From NCBI GenBank assembly GCA_027081495.1, contig JALWKJ010000233.1:1-32956 (forward strand): 32,956 nt of DNA. The letters run 5' to 3'. Source of the DNA: Campylobacterales bacterium (GTDB taxonomy: Bacteria > Campylobacterota > Campylobacteria > Campylobacterales > QNZT01). Both the position numbers and the translations under genes were made by a program. Positions 31,370 to 32,956 of the stretch are shown one piece after another (position 1 is the first letter of the stretch; every line of letters begins with the position of its first letter). The notes beneath the pieces are model-generated. The model worked only from the letters and a program-made list of their open reading frames with translations, searched no databases and was not told the origin of the DNA.

Positions 31370-31396
31370 TAAAAACTTTTTTTTAGATGCCGATAT
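31370..31396 (+). promoter_or_regulatory. Sigma28 (FliA)-type promoter
   Basis: TAAA-N15-GCCGATAT. Confidence 0.75.
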
Positions 31397-31428
31397 GGTC
31401 TATAAGATCAAACAATAAGGCATAAACT

Positions 31429-32580
31429 ATGATAAAAAATATTATTCCAGAATCTCTCTTTTTAAGAATGCGCTTTGTTCATTTTGTAGGTATGTTTTTG
31501 CTTGTCGCAAACGGAATCTTTTTTACCGACAATCTAATCGGTTCTATTGTACAGTATGTGGTCGCGGCCGTTATATTGGTTCATGATCTCGATGAAAAGA
31601 AAAACGGCGTAGATGCGGCAAACGCTATGATAAAAAGCTTGTCAAATCTCAAAAAAGATACTAGGGTTGAACTTAATCATACATTTTCAAAAGAGTATCA
31701 GACGCTCGCCGTTTTGATAAATCAGTTTCTTGATAAACTTTCATGCTCTCTTGATATAGCGGAAGATATAAAAAACGCAAAAGAGCTTTCACATACGATG
31801 TCGGAACTTTCGGCTCAAGTCGCAAAACATGCGCAAGAGAGTCAAAGAGCGCTTGATAGTTCGTTAGAAAATCTAAAAAATACTCTTGAGGGAAGCCATC
31901 AAAATGAACTTTTCGCAAAAGAATCAAACAGCAGTATCTCTGAAGCCGACGAGATTTTAGATAAAACAAAAAATCTGCTTTTAGAATTTAGTCAAAAAAT
32001 AGATAAAAAAAGTGAACACGAACATGAATTAAATGCAAAGCTGCAAGAACTTTCGCAACAATCTCAAGAAGTAAAAGGGATATTGAATATTATCAGCGAT
32101 ATAGCCGAGCAGACAAATCTTTTAGCTCTAAACGCCGCAATAGAAGCGGCTCGTGCGGGAGAGCATGGAAGAGGATTCGCGGTAGTTGCGGATGAAGTGA
32201 GACAGCTTGCCGAACGAACTCAAAAATCTTTAGCCGATATAAATATGACTATAAATATCATCGTTCAAGGTATCAACAATGTCGGAGCGCAAATGGGTGA
32301 AGGTATGCAGGAGTTTGAAAAATTAACGCATACGACTTTAGAGGTAAACGAAAGTATCGACAATACCATAACCCAAATCCAAAGCGCATCGGATATTAGC
32401 GTACAAAGCAGCCATGAGTCAACAAAAATGGAAAATAGTCTAAAAGACATGGAAAAGCAATTTGAAAAAATAAATAAAAATACTCAAAAAAATAGCGAAG
32501 ATATTTCACATATAGCTACACTTAGCAACGAAGTCTCAAAAAGCGTAGAAAAGCTCGAGAGAAAAATAGGCTCTGTCTAA
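31429..32580 (+). CDS. Methyl-accepting chemotaxis protein with a TM hairpin and no periplasmic domain
   Basis: Two closely spaced TMs, a HAMP-like segment and the MCP signalling hairpin. Confidence 0.92.
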   Translation: MIKNIIPESLFLRMRFVHFVGMFLLVANGIFFTDNLIGSIVQYVVAAVILVHDLDEKKNGVDAANAMIKSLSNLKKDTRVELNHTFSKEYQTLAVLINQFLDKLSCSLDIAEDIKNAKELSHTMSELSAQVAKHAQESQRALDSSLENLKNTLEGSHQNELFAKESNSSISEADEILDKTKNLLLEFSQKIDKKSEHEHELNAKLQELSQQSQEVKGILNIISDIAEQTNLLALNAAIEAARAGEHGRGFAVVADEVRQLAERTQKSLADINMTINIIVQGINNVGAQMGEGMQEFEKLTHTTLEVNESIDNTITQIQSASDISVQSSHESTKMENSLKDMEKQFEKINKNTQKNSEDISHIATLSNEVSKSVEKLERKIGSV

Positions 32581-32600
32581 AAAGGGAAAAATTCCTTTTT
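32579..32600. terminator. Weak bidirectional terminator candidate
   Basis: AAAAA-GGGAA-AAA-TTCC-TTTTT between convergent genes. Confidence 0.45.
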
Positions 32601-32623
32601 AGAAGAGATAATCAGCGGTTTTT

Positions 32624-32859
32624 CTACTCATGAAAACATAAATTCGTGTGAACATACCATTTTATAATATCCATAGAGGAGAGGTTTCTCTCTCTTTGAT
32701 CGGGCGGTACGCCGTATATTCTTAGTTTACTGCTTACGATAGCGCTTACGAGATATAAAAAAAGTCCTCCTCCCGCGGCTATAATCCAGTTATATTCATA
32801 CCAGATATAAAACGATATCAAAAAAGGCGTTATCACTAAAATAAAATATAGAGAAAAAG
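32624..32859 (-). pseudogene. 3' part of a small membrane-protein gene, apparently interrupted by an IS
   Basis: Plausible TM protein (SLYFILVITPFLISFYIWYEYNW...SSKLR...PPDQRE) whose upstream part runs into IS-end-like sequence with no convincing start. Confidence 0.55.
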
Positions 32860-32956
32860 TGTAATAGTCACAATATAATCTGACACAATTCAAGAAAATA
32901 AAGCTACAATTTCTCCTGGACAAGAAGTTCAGGAGAGACAATGAATCTGCATACAC
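32860..32956 (+). mobile_element. Left end of a probable IS481-family insertion sequence (truncated by the window end)
   Basis: Begins TGTAATAGTC...TCTGACAC (5'-TGT end); SD AGGAG at 32931-32935; ATG 32941 encodes MNLHT, similar to the MNxHxxxRLT starts of IS481 transposases. Confidence 0.65.

Overview
An AT-rich chromosomal segment from a motile, free-living Campylobacterota (epsilonproteobacterium). It is mostly conserved housekeeping blocks whose order matches what I recall from Campylobacter jejuni: rluA-family/purB/nrdA; dcd/accB/accC/SurA-like/gltX/malic enzyme; folE/fliI; nifS/nifU. Accessory genes are interleaved. These include a TM-BON-OmpA_C protein with a long coiled-coil partner, and a catalytically degenerate sigma54-activator-like Fis protein paired with a PAS/pseudo-kinase. 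There are also three chemoreceptors, each behind a sigma28-like promoter, one followed by a stand-alone Aer/CetB-type PAS protein, plus several lipoproteins. The window ends in what looks like the left end of an IS481-family element inserted into a small membrane-protein gene. I saw no rRNA, tRNA, CRISPR, prophage or defence system. The best candidates for undescribed biology are the pseudo two-component pair (6767-8189), the degenerate BON/OmpA plus coiled-coil pair (4583-6707), a Hint-domain-like insert in NrdA, and the NIT-MCP plus FAD-PAS receptor. All functional interpretations are inference from motifs; no searches were run.
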